Below, in pieces: positions 19,761 through 28,244 of a stretch of DNA of 64,000 bases. This DNA comes from an uncultured Clostridia bacterium (GTDB lineage: Bacteria > Bacillota > Clostridia > Christensenellales > UBA1242). The translations under genes and the position numbers were made by a program. The stretch lies in the NCBI GenBank assembly GCA_944350085.1, contig CALVNY010000013.1:2812-66811 (forward strand), in the 5' to 3' direction. Numbering within the stretch: position 1 is the first letter of the stretch; every line of letters starts with the position of its first letter. The notes below the pieces were generated by a model. That model worked only from the letters and a program-made list of their open reading frames with translations, made no database searches and was not told where the DNA came from.

Positions 19761-20588
19761 ATGGCAAATAGACTAATAGCGTTTGTTTCAGGTTCTAGTG
19801 GTTCTGGTAAAAACACAGTAATAAACAAATTGGTAGAGCAAAACGAAAACTATGGATTTTTAACCTCTTACACTACAAGAGAAATGCGTCCAACTGATGT
19901 GGAAGGTAAAAATTATCACTTTATTTCCAAAGAAGAGTTTGAAAGCAAAATCAAAGAAGGGGACATGCTTGAATTTGATTTTTTTTCTAACAATTACTAC
20001 GGCATTGGGAAAGAAGCAATCACAAAAAAATTAGAACAACATCAAGTGGTGTTAAAAGATGTTACGGTTGCTGGTGTTAAAAACACCAAGGAAAAAATCA
20101 AAGATGAAAAAATAATTTCTTTCTTTTTTACTGCCGACAAAAAGGTTTTAATTGAAAGGCTTATAAATCGTGGCGAAAAAAATATAAAAAATAGAATGAA
20201 GTTTTACAAAAACGAACAAAAAAGAATGTACGATTCTGATTATGTAATTCACAACATAGATTTTGAACAAACAATGTCAAACATTAAAACTTTAATTGAA
20301 TTAGAATTGCAAGGTAAATACTTATTGCCAACTGTTTCTTGCCAACAAATTTTAGAAAAACGCATCAATAAATATGTTAATAAATTTAACAAAAATAAAA
20401 AGGTTAAGCCTGTAACAATAGCAATTCAAAATGGCAAAGTTTATATTGTTGATGGGGTATATAGATATTTGGCATCATTAAAATGTGGCAAACACATTTG
20501 TAAAATTTTGCTTAACGACAAACAAGTTGATGTTGCAAAAGATTTAGATGTTAAAGAGTGGAACAAAATTGTTAAAATGTATATTTAG
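19761..20588 (+). CDS. guanylate kinase domain fused to a C-terminal ParB/Srx-like domain
   Basis: P-loop GSSGSGKNT. GMP-binding pattern TTREMRP..VEGKNYHFIS..EF....EGDMLEF.....NYYG. C-terminal KPVTIAIQNGKVYIVDGVYRYLASLKCG resembles the ParB N-terminal fold. GGGGTGG RBS before the ATG at 19761. Confidence 0.6.
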   Translation: MANRLIAFVSGSSGSGKNTVINKLVEQNENYGFLTSYTTREMRPTDVEGKNYHFISKEEFESKIKEGDMLEFDFFSNNYYGIGKEAITKKLEQHQVVLKDVTVAGVKNTKEKIKDEKIISFFFTADKKVLIERLINRGEKNIKNRMKFYKNEQKRMYDSDYVIHNIDFEQTMSNIKTLIELELQGKYLLPTVSCQQILEKRINKYVNKFNKNKKVKPVTIAIQNGKVYIVDGVYRYLASLKCGKHICKILLNDKQVDVAKDLDVKEWNKIVKMYI

Positions 20589-20602
20589 TTAAAAATATTA
20601 AT

Positions 20603-20637
20603 TATGCTCTTAAAATTTTAATTAAGAGCATTTTTTA
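20603..20637 (+). terminator. rho-independent terminator
   Basis: ATGCTCTTAA / TTAAGAGCAT hairpin followed by a T-run. Confidence 0.75.
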
Positions 20638-20794
20638 TATATCAAAAAAATCACTTTTAGCAAGTTTTCGGTTTCTTTCGATAAAAAATTACCAATAACA
20701 AATTAATATTTTTAATATAATTTTTATCTTTAAAAAATATTTTATTGTTAAAAATTATTAATTATGTTACACTATAAGGTAAAAGGAAATATAA

Positions 20795-22318
20795 ATGAAA
20801 AAACTTTACAAGTTTTTATTTTCAACTCAATTTATGTTGGCATTAGCATTTTTTGCCAATGTTGCAATCTACATAGTATGTGCAATCTTTTTAGATTGGT
20901 GGTACTATGGCATTTTTGCTATATTTGCTTTGCTTATTGCTTTAACAATTTCAAAAAACACAATTGTTACTTTTTCAAATAGAATAGCATGGGCAGTGGT
21001 TGTTATAATTATGCCATTTTTTGGTTTGGCTTTATATTACTACACAAGAGGCAGAAACGGAACCAAAAAAGAGCGTAAAACATGGCAAGAAATTAGCAAT
21101 CAAAGTGAAGAATTTTTGGAAGTTGACAGCGAAACAGAAACTGCATTGAAAAAGAACAATGTTGAAACATACAATCAATGTAGATACATTACAAATTTTA
21201 CAGGAATGCCTGTAAACAACAATTCAAGTGTTAGATATTTTAACGAAGGCGACAAGTATTTTGATAGTATTTTAAATTCAATCAAAAAAGCAAAAAAATA
21301 TGTTTTTGTGGAATCTTATAGATACAAGCAAGGCAAGGTTTGGGACGAACTTTTTGCTGTTTTAAAACAAAAAGCAAGGGAAGGCGTTGAAATTAAATTT
21401 TTATATGATGACGAAGGAAACATTGGAACTTTTGATGACAAGCGAACATTTTTTAAGTTAGAAAACCATTTAATAATTGCAAAAGCATTTAACAAAATAA
21501 AATTGCGTTTTAATTTAAGTTCGTCAAATCGTGACCATAGGCGCATGGTTGTTATTGATGGGATGGACGCATATTTTAGTTCAATGGATTTTAGTGATGA
21601 AAGTGCAAACATTGTTCAGCCTTATGGGTATTTTAAAGATGTTGGAATAAAGGTAAGTGGAAAAGCAGTTTGGAATTTAACAGTTTTGTTTTTAACTAAT
21701 TGGAAACTAACCACAAAAGAAGAAATAGATTATGCTTCATACAAGCCAGAATATGAACCAATAAAATCAAAAGAATATATTTTGCCGTTTGGTGCAAATC
21801 CAATTACAATTGAACCTGTTACAAAAAATGTTTATATTAATGCAATAAATTCAGCAAAAGAAAGCATAATAATTACTACGCCATACTTGATTTTAGACAA
21901 CGAAATAAATAGCATAATTAAACTTGCAAGCAAAAAAGGAATTGATGTTAAAATAGTTGTTCCAAACACACCAAAAGTTAAATGGCAACATAATTTAAGT
22001 AAAACATATTTTGCAGATTTAATTCGTGCAGGCGTTCAAATTTGTGAGTATTTGCCAGGATATATACATTGTAATATGCTTGTTGTTGACAATGCAACAA
22101 CCATAATTTCAACGGCAAATATGGATTTTAGGCACATGTACAAAAATTACGAATGTAGCGTTTTAATTTATAATTCTAATGTGATTACTGATATTAGGCG
22201 AGATTTAGAAACGGCTGTTGCAAATTCGCATGTTGTAACACTTCGTGATTTAAGAAAACGAAAATGGTACGACAAGTTGCATGGGATAATTTTAAGAAAT
22301 TTAAAACCTATGATGTAA
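20795..22318 (+). CDS. cls: cardiolipin synthase-like PLD-superfamily protein with non-canonical HKD motifs
   Basis: Two N-terminal TM helices and the two-domain Cls architecture. Motif 1 is HRRMVVIDG (21536-21559) and motif 2 is HCNMLVVDN...STANMDFR (22067-22090). Both lack the conserved Lys. Confidence 0.65.
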   Translation: MKKLYKFLFSTQFMLALAFFANVAIYIVCAIFLDWWYYGIFAIFALLIALTISKNTIVTFSNRIAWAVVVIIMPFFGLALYYYTRGRNGTKKERKTWQEISNQSEEFLEVDSETETALKKNNVETYNQCRYITNFTGMPVNNNSSVRYFNEGDKYFDSILNSIKKAKKYVFVESYRYKQGKVWDELFAVLKQKAREGVEIKFLYDDEGNIGTFDDKRTFFKLENHLIIAKAFNKIKLRFNLSSSNRDHRRMVVIDGMDAYFSSMDFSDESANIVQPYGYFKDVGIKVSGKAVWNLTVLFLTNWKLTTKEEIDYASYKPEYEPIKSKEYILPFGANPITIEPVTKNVYINAINSAKESIIITTPYLILDNEINSIIKLASKKGIDVKIVVPNTPKVKWQHNLSKTYFADLIRAGVQICEYLPGYIHCNMLVVDNATTIISTANMDFRHMYKNYECSVLIYNSNVITDIRRDLETAVANSHVVTLRDLRKRKWYDKLHGIILRNLKPMM

Positions 22319-22510
22319 GATGTAATATTTCAATTAATGATTGTTTTGGTCTTTTAAACATACAACATAAATTAATATATTAAATAAAAAAACACCAAAT
22401 AACAATTTGGTGTTTTTATTTTTTATTCTCAAATTTTTTACTAATTAAAAAATTATTATATTTAATAATGTAATTTAAGATTGACAATTTTATATGATTT
22501 AAACAGAATA

Positions 22511-23197
22511 TTAAATTTTTAAAATATCTTTGCATTTATTAAATATTTCATCATTAATGTCGTCAATGCTTCGCAAGTTTCCTTCACTATCAATGCAATT
22601 TATTATTTGCCAATTGTATTTCTTGGCAACATATTTTCCTGAATTGTAAGCGTTTATTAAATGATTTGTGTCGTTTTCATAAATGTCGTTAGCATTTCCA
22701 CTTTTAAGTTCGGCTCGGGCATTTGCAAGTTTTTGACTAATTGCAACAGGAACATCTAAAAAGAACACAATAGTTGGCCTTGGCAAACCTAAAATGTTAA
22801 ACTCAAAATTGTCCACATAATCTAAAAAGTCATCTTTTTCTTTTAAGTTATCAATTAATCCTGCTTGATGTAGCATGCTAGACGAAACATATCTGTCAAA
22901 AATTATGCTACCACCATTTTCAATATGAGGCTTTAATAGTTGCATTGTGCAAAGTCTGTCTACTGCATACAAAGAATTTGCCTGCTTTGCAGTTAAACTT
23001 TTACTATCTCCAAAATCGCCATTTAAGTACATTTTAACAGGGCCACTGCTTATGCTGTCATAATTAGGAAAACTTTGCCTAATAACATTAAGCCCTAATG
23101 CTTTAAACCTTTCAAGCAATTTTTCAGACTGTGTTTTTTTGCCACAACCATCAGTGCCTTCAATAACTAAAAAAATTTGTTTGTCCATTTTGTCCAT
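22511..23197 (-). CDS. tmk: thymidylate (dTMP) kinase family protein
   Basis: FLVIEGTDGCGKKTQ P-loop, FPNY...YL.G, DRY motif, lid region. Confidence 0.7.
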   Translation of the reverse strand: MDKMDKQIFLVIEGTDGCGKKTQSEKLLERFKALGLNVIRQSFPNYDSISSGPVKMYLNGDFGDSKSLTAKQANSLYAVDRLCTMQLLKPHIENGGSIIFDRYVSSSMLHQAGLIDNLKEKDDFLDYVDNFEFNILGLPRPTIVFFLDVPVAISQKLANARAELKSGNANDIYENDTNHLINAYNSGKYVAKKYNWQIINCIDSEGNLRSIDDINDEIFNKCKDILKI

Positions 23198-23338
23198 AAT
23201 AACCTCAATTATTTTTATTAAGTATATAATTAATAAAAGTTTAAGTCAATTTATAAAAAATAATATAATATAAATTTTTTGTTTAATTAAATTATTAAAA
23301 TTGTAAGATATATGGTAAAATATTTTTAGGAGTAATTT

Positions 23339-24421
23339 ATGAAAATAATACATTGTTCTGACATACACTTAAATTCAAAAATGGAAAGTAGCCTAAGCAG
23401 TGAAAAAGCAAAACAACGCAAACAAGAACTGCTTTTAACTTTTTCCAAAATGGTTGATTATGCAAGGAGCGAAAATGTTAAAGCCATAATAATTGCAGGG
23501 GACTTGTTTGACACAGAATCAATAAATAAATCAACAAGTGAATATGTGTTGGATTTAATTAAAGGCAATAAAGAAATAAAATTTATTTATCTTTGTGGAA
23601 ATCACGAAAAATCAAGTTTTTTAAATTATATTAATGAAGTTCCACAAAATCTATTAACTTTTAATGATGATTGGAAATATTACAATATTGATGAAAATGT
23701 TGTTGTTGCAGGAATTGACATAACTAAAAGCAACTTTAAAACTTTATATTCAAATTTAAAACTTAATAAAAACAACATAAATATAGTTGTTATGCATGGA
23801 CAAGCGTCTAAATATTTTGTTGAAGACAATTTTGAAATTGTAAATTTGTCCATGCTTAAAAACAAAAATATAAATTATTTAGCACTAGGGCACATACATT
23901 CTTATTTTTTAGACAAATTAGACGACAATTCCTATTACGCATATTCTGGTTGTTTAGAAGGGCGTGGATTTGATGAATGTGGCAAAAAAGGATTTATTGA
24001 ATTGGAAGTTTTAAATGGACAAATAAATTCAAAGTTTGTTCCTTTTGCAAAACGAGAAATTGTTGAAACAGATGTGGATATTTCTAACCTTTACACTATT
24101 AAAGAAATTGACAACAAAATTGCAGAAAATGTTAAGGGCATAAATCCAACAAGTTTAATAAAAGTAAATTTGGTTGGAGAAATAGATGAAGATGCTAACA
24201 TTGACTTGCCATTTTTAGAAAACAATTTGAACGAAATTTTTTACTTTGCAAAAATTGAAAATAAAACAAAATTAAAAATTGACATTGAAAAATATTCAAA
24301 CGATGTTTCAATAAAAGGAGAATTTATAAGGCAAGTTTTAGCAAGTGATTTAAGCGATATTGAAAAAGAGCAAGTAATATTATACGGAATTAAAGCATTA
24401 AATGGCGAGGTGGATTTATGA
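23339..24421 (+). CDS. Mre11/SbcD-like metallophosphoesterase (YhaO-like DNA repair exonuclease)
   Basis: HCSDIHL, AGDLFD, GNHE, and GHIH calcineurin-fold motifs. The stop overlaps the next start (ATGA). Confidence 0.75.
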   Translation: MKIIHCSDIHLNSKMESSLSSEKAKQRKQELLLTFSKMVDYARSENVKAIIIAGDLFDTESINKSTSEYVLDLIKGNKEIKFIYLCGNHEKSSFLNYINEVPQNLLTFNDDWKYYNIDENVVVAGIDITKSNFKTLYSNLKLNKNNINIVVMHGQASKYFVEDNFEIVNLSMLKNKNINYLALGHIHSYFLDKLDDNSYYAYSGCLEGRGFDECGKKGFIELEVLNGQINSKFVPFAKREIVETDVDISNLYTIKEIDNKIAENVKGINPTSLIKVNLVGEIDEDANIDLPFLENNLNEIFYFAKIENKTKLKIDIEKYSNDVSIKGEFIRQVLASDLSDIEKEQVILYGIKALNGEVDL

Positions 24422-26628
24422 AAATACTATCGCTACATATAAAAAATTTTGGCAAATTAAAAGATTTTGATTACACTTTTAATGATGGCAAAAATGTAAT
24501 TTTAAAAGAAAATGGTTTTGGCAAAACAACTCTTGCGGTGTTTATAAAGTGTATGTTTTACGGAATCAAAGGTGGCAATAAGGGTGGTTTGAGTGATGAA
24601 AATGAAAGGCTTAAATATTTAACTTGGGAAACAACATCTTTAATTGGTGGAACTTTGGATTTTGAACACGATAACAATTCTTATAGGATAGAAAGATATT
24701 TTGGCGAAAAGCCAAGCATGGACACTTTTAAAATAATTAACTTAAAAACAAACAAAATTGAAAAAAATTTTACAGAAAATTTGGGCGAAGAACTTTTTGG
24801 GGTTGATTCTTATGGCTTTGAAAGAAGCACCTATATTCCACAAAAAATTGTTGAATTTAACAAAAAGGAAAATGCCACACTTTCAAACAAACTTGCTTCT
24901 TTAACTTACGGAATAGATGATGGCAGTTCAATAGATGATGTTATTATTAAGTTAGAAAACGAAAGCAAAAAATACTACAAACTTAGTGGCAAATCGGGAT
25001 ATATTGCTGAAAGTAAAAACAAAATTAGTAATTTAGAAATTAAAATCAATGAATGTCAAACTTTTGAATCAAACGCAAATATGATTCAAACTGAAATTGA
25101 AAGTGTTAATAAAAAGATTGAAGAACTAAATTTCAAGTTGCAAAATTTAAAGCCAAAGTTGGAACAAGCAATTTCAAGTTCGGCATATAAAGAAGAATAC
25201 GAAAGGCAAATGCAAAATGTTGAAAAAGTAAGGGTAAGATATTTGGAACTAAAAGAAATGTTTTACAATAAAGAAATCAACGAAAGTGTTTGCAACGATT
25301 TAATAACATTGTCGCAAGAACTAATTAAAATAAAAGGCAAATTAGAAGCATTAGAAAGTGCAAGTGACAACGAATTAAAAACCTATTCAAATAAGTTTAA
25401 TGGAAAAATGCCTAGCATAAATGAAATTGACACGCAAATAGCACTTTATGACAATATGTCTAGCAATAAAAACAATAATTATTCTTTTGCGTCAAACAAA
25501 ACCAAACGAATTTACCAGGTCTTGGCAAGTTTTTTGGGTGTTATTCTACTTTTTGTGTCAGTTTTTTGTTATAAGGTAAATGTTGTTTTAGGAATAGCAA
25601 CAACTGTTGTTTCAACAATAATATTGTTGTTTGGAATATTGGGTGTTTTAAACAGTAAAAACAAAAATAGCAGTACTTTTGATGAGTATGAAAAGGAAGA
25701 AAACGAACTAAAAAAATTCTTATTAAATTACGGCTATGATGAATCAAACATAAAACAATCGCTATTAGAACTTCGTGGAGATGTGTTGATTTACTTAAAG
25801 TTGTTAAAAAATAAAGAACAAGATTTTAATGAAATAAACGAATTAAAATTAAAACAACAAAAAATTGAAAAAGCAATTTTGCCATTTTTAAACAATTTTT
25901 ACGACACAATTAATGATGAATATTTTACATTATTAACTGATGTTAAAACCAACTATCTTGAATATTTGGGGCTTGAAATTAAGTTAAAAGAACTTGAAAA
26001 TAGCATAAAAGAATATAGTTTAAAGGTGGACAATAATTTAAACTTAAACGAACTAAAAGTTTTGGAAGAAAAAATAAATGCAGGTTTAAGTTTATATTTA
26101 ACCGAAAAAGAAAAATTGATTAACCAAAAAAATAATTGCGAACAAAATGCAAATTTAAAACAAGAGTATATTCAACTGCTTGAAATTGAAAAAGAAAACT
26201 TTAAAAAATATTTTAATAAATACAACACAATTTCATCAACAATTAGTTTTTTACGAAAAGCAAAAGATAGTTTGTGTAGCAAGTATTTAAAACCAATTAC
26301 CGATGCCTTTTTAAATAGGGCAAACAAAATTAATGACAGTGAAATAAAAAATATTAGTGTGGACACAGATTTAAATGTTAATGTTTTAGACAACACCAAA
26401 ACTAGAGATATAGAGTATTTTAGCAAAGGCTATAAAGATATTATTAACATTTGTTTGCGATTGGCTTTGGTTGACACAATTTTTACCAAAGCAAAACCTT
26501 GCATTATATTAGACGACCCATTTGTAAATTTGGACAATAAAAAGTTTGAAAGTGTTTCAAAAATTTTAGATGAGTTAGCACTAGACTATCAAATTTTATA
26601 TTTAACTTGCAACACAAGTAGATTATAG
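24418..26628 (+). CDS. Rad50/SbcC-like AAA ATPase with central TM hairpin (YhaN-like)
   Basis: N-terminal Walker A NGFGKTT, long coiled-coil regions, two hydrophobic helices around 25504-25665, and a C-terminal Walker B/D-loop ILDDPFVNLD. Confidence 0.7.
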   Translation: MKILSLHIKNFGKLKDFDYTFNDGKNVILKENGFGKTTLAVFIKCMFYGIKGGNKGGLSDENERLKYLTWETTSLIGGTLDFEHDNNSYRIERYFGEKPSMDTFKIINLKTNKIEKNFTENLGEELFGVDSYGFERSTYIPQKIVEFNKKENATLSNKLASLTYGIDDGSSIDDVIIKLENESKKYYKLSGKSGYIAESKNKISNLEIKINECQTFESNANMIQTEIESVNKKIEELNFKLQNLKPKLEQAISSSAYKEEYERQMQNVEKVRVRYLELKEMFYNKEINESVCNDLITLSQELIKIKGKLEALESASDNELKTYSNKFNGKMPSINEIDTQIALYDNMSSNKNNNYSFASNKTKRIYQVLASFLGVILLFVSVFCYKVNVVLGIATTVVSTIILLFGILGVLNSKNKNSSTFDEYEKEENELKKFLLNYGYDESNIKQSLLELRGDVLIYLKLLKNKEQDFNEINELKLKQQKIEKAILPFLNNFYDTINDEYFTLLTDVKTNYLEYLGLEIKLKELENSIKEYSLKVDNNLNLNELKVLEEKINAGLSLYLTEKEKLINQKNNCEQNANLKQEYIQLLEIEKENFKKYFNKYNTISSTISFLRKAKDSLCSKYLKPITDAFLNRANKINDSEIKNISVDTDLNVNVLDNTKTRDIEYFSKGYKDIINICLRLALVDTIFTKAKPCIILDDPFVNLDNKKFESVSKILDELALDYQILYLTCNTSRL

Positions 26629-26775
26629 AAAAAGTTAAATAAGATTTAAAATAACAAACAAAATTATGTTTTTGTATATTCAATTATTAATCTTTGTAAC
26701 ACAAACTAAAAAAATATAATTAAAAAAATAAAAGAGCAATTTAATTGCTCTTATTTTTAACCTTTTATGATTTAA

Positions 26776-27231
26776 TTATTTTGCATTATTTTCCAAGTTA
26801 AGTAAATATTCTTTAACATTTGTTCCATATTTGTAGCCACCAACTTTTCCATTACTTAACACAACTCTGTGGCATGGCAACAAAATTATAATATTGTTTT
26901 GTGCCAAAGCTTTTGCAACAACTCTCCAACCATTTTTTATGTGTAAAGATTGCGACAATTCTTTATAGGAAATTGTTTTTCCGTATTCAATGTTTTGCAA
27001 GTAATTTAAAACTTTTGTTTCAAAAGGTTTTGCATATATTTTTATGGGCAAATCAAAATCTTTTCTTGTTCCATTAAAATATTCAAATAGTTCACTTTCG
27101 CATTTTAAAATTAAATCGTTATTTTTTGTGTCGTTTTCAATCTCATTAACTATGCCAACAAACACAATTTCAGTGTCGGTTGCAATAATTTTAATAATTC
27201 CTATTTTTGTTTTAATATAGCCTACAAACAT
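26776..27231 (-). CDS. ogt: methylated-DNA--protein-cysteine methyltransferase
   Basis: Active-site PCHRV. The YG.T.SY.ELS helix-turn-helix (HTH) region. Confidence 0.85.
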   Translation of the reverse strand: MFVGYIKTKIGIIKIIATDTEIVFVGIVNEIENDTKNNDLILKCESELFEYFNGTRKDFDLPIKIYAKPFETKVLNYLQNIEYGKTISYKELSQSLHIKNGWRVVAKALAQNNIIILLPCHRVVLSNGKVGGYKYGTNVKEYLLNLENNAK

Positions 27232-27298
27232 AAATTTCTCACATCTCTTTTTATAATATTGTATATGGGTTTTTAAAAATTGTTAAATAATTTGAGCA

Positions 27299-27327
27299 TT
27301 GACTTGTAATTTTTTTAGATGTATAAT
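27299..27327 (+). promoter_or_regulatory. sigma-A type promoter
   Basis: TTGACT (27299-27304), a 17-nt spacer, then TATAAT (27322-27327). The ORF-track ATG at 27319 lies inside it. Confidence 0.6.
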
Positions 27328-27339
27328 TTTTATAGAACT

Positions 27340-28128
27340 ATGGAAAATATTATAAAAGAAATTGTAAAATTAAATAGTAAAGATTACTTAGAGTTTTTAA
27401 ACAAAAGGATAAAATCTTTTACTGAAGTGGAATATTTTAAGCCTAGTTACAACGAACGCAAAACCGTTGTAACAACAAAGTTTTTTGGCAAAGAAAGTAA
27501 AATAGTTTCAGGGTACGCACCATTAGTTTTAGATGATGATAGTGCATACTTTTTGTTGTTTGACAAAATAAAGCAACTTTCATCAAATTACAATTTAGAT
27601 AATCCACTTGATGTTGATAAATTAAGTGTTTTGGCAGTTCAAACTTCTGTTTTTCAATATTTTGGAAATGGAGTTCCTAATGATGTTGTTAGAACATTAT
27701 TATATAGAAATTCATTTAAAAAAGACGAGGACCTTTCAATATCCAAATTTAAAGGGTCAAATCAATCTATGTGCACAGAAAGGAGTGCTTTGGCACAAAA
27801 TTACTTTAAACTTTTGGGTTATGATTGCAGTTATCTTTCTGGAATAGTTTTTTTAAACGGACAAAAGGACTTACATGCATTTAATGTGGTTAGGTTTAGT
27901 GATGCAACTAAAATATTTGATTTGGTGTGCACTCCAATAAATTCAACAACTAAAAATTTGCCTAGTCCAATAATGTGTAATTTGAATTACGATTTAAGTT
28001 CAAAGGCTTTAACGAATGGTGAAATGGACAACCTAGATGTTCCATATATTAATTTTCAAAGCCAGTCAGGTAAATACCACTGCATAAGTTATGGAAATTT
28101 GGACAAGTTTCAAATGGCAGATGAATAA
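27340..28128 (+). CDS. transglutaminase-like (papain-fold) putative cysteine peptidase
   Basis: Spacing fits a Cys-His-Asp triad: MCTERSALAQNYFKLLGYDCSYLSG...LHAFNVVRF...KIFDL. Start moved to the ATG at 27340, because 27319 is within the promoter. Confidence 0.45.
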   Translation: MENIIKEIVKLNSKDYLEFLNKRIKSFTEVEYFKPSYNERKTVVTTKFFGKESKIVSGYAPLVLDDDSAYFLLFDKIKQLSSNYNLDNPLDVDKLSVLAVQTSVFQYFGNGVPNDVVRTLLYRNSFKKDEDLSISKFKGSNQSMCTERSALAQNYFKLLGYDCSYLSGIVFLNGQKDLHAFNVVRFSDATKIFDLVCTPINSTTKNLPSPIMCNLNYDLSSKALTNGEMDNLDVPYINFQSQSGKYHCISYGNLDKFQMADE

Positions 28129-28244
28129 TATGTAAAATACTAAAATTAAAAGGCAGGCGTGAGCTTGCTTTTTTATATTGTAAAAAAAATTTATTTTTGA
28201 TATAATTGTTTTAAAAAAGTAAAACAGTTTGGAGTAAATAAAAA

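Noticed and set aside
20764-20982. 72-aa ORF overlapping the start of the cls-like gene
   Set aside because: It is an out-of-frame overlap with the 507-aa PLD-family gene, which has its own RBS-like AAGGAAA. It is Cys/Phe-rich and looks like a nonsense translation.
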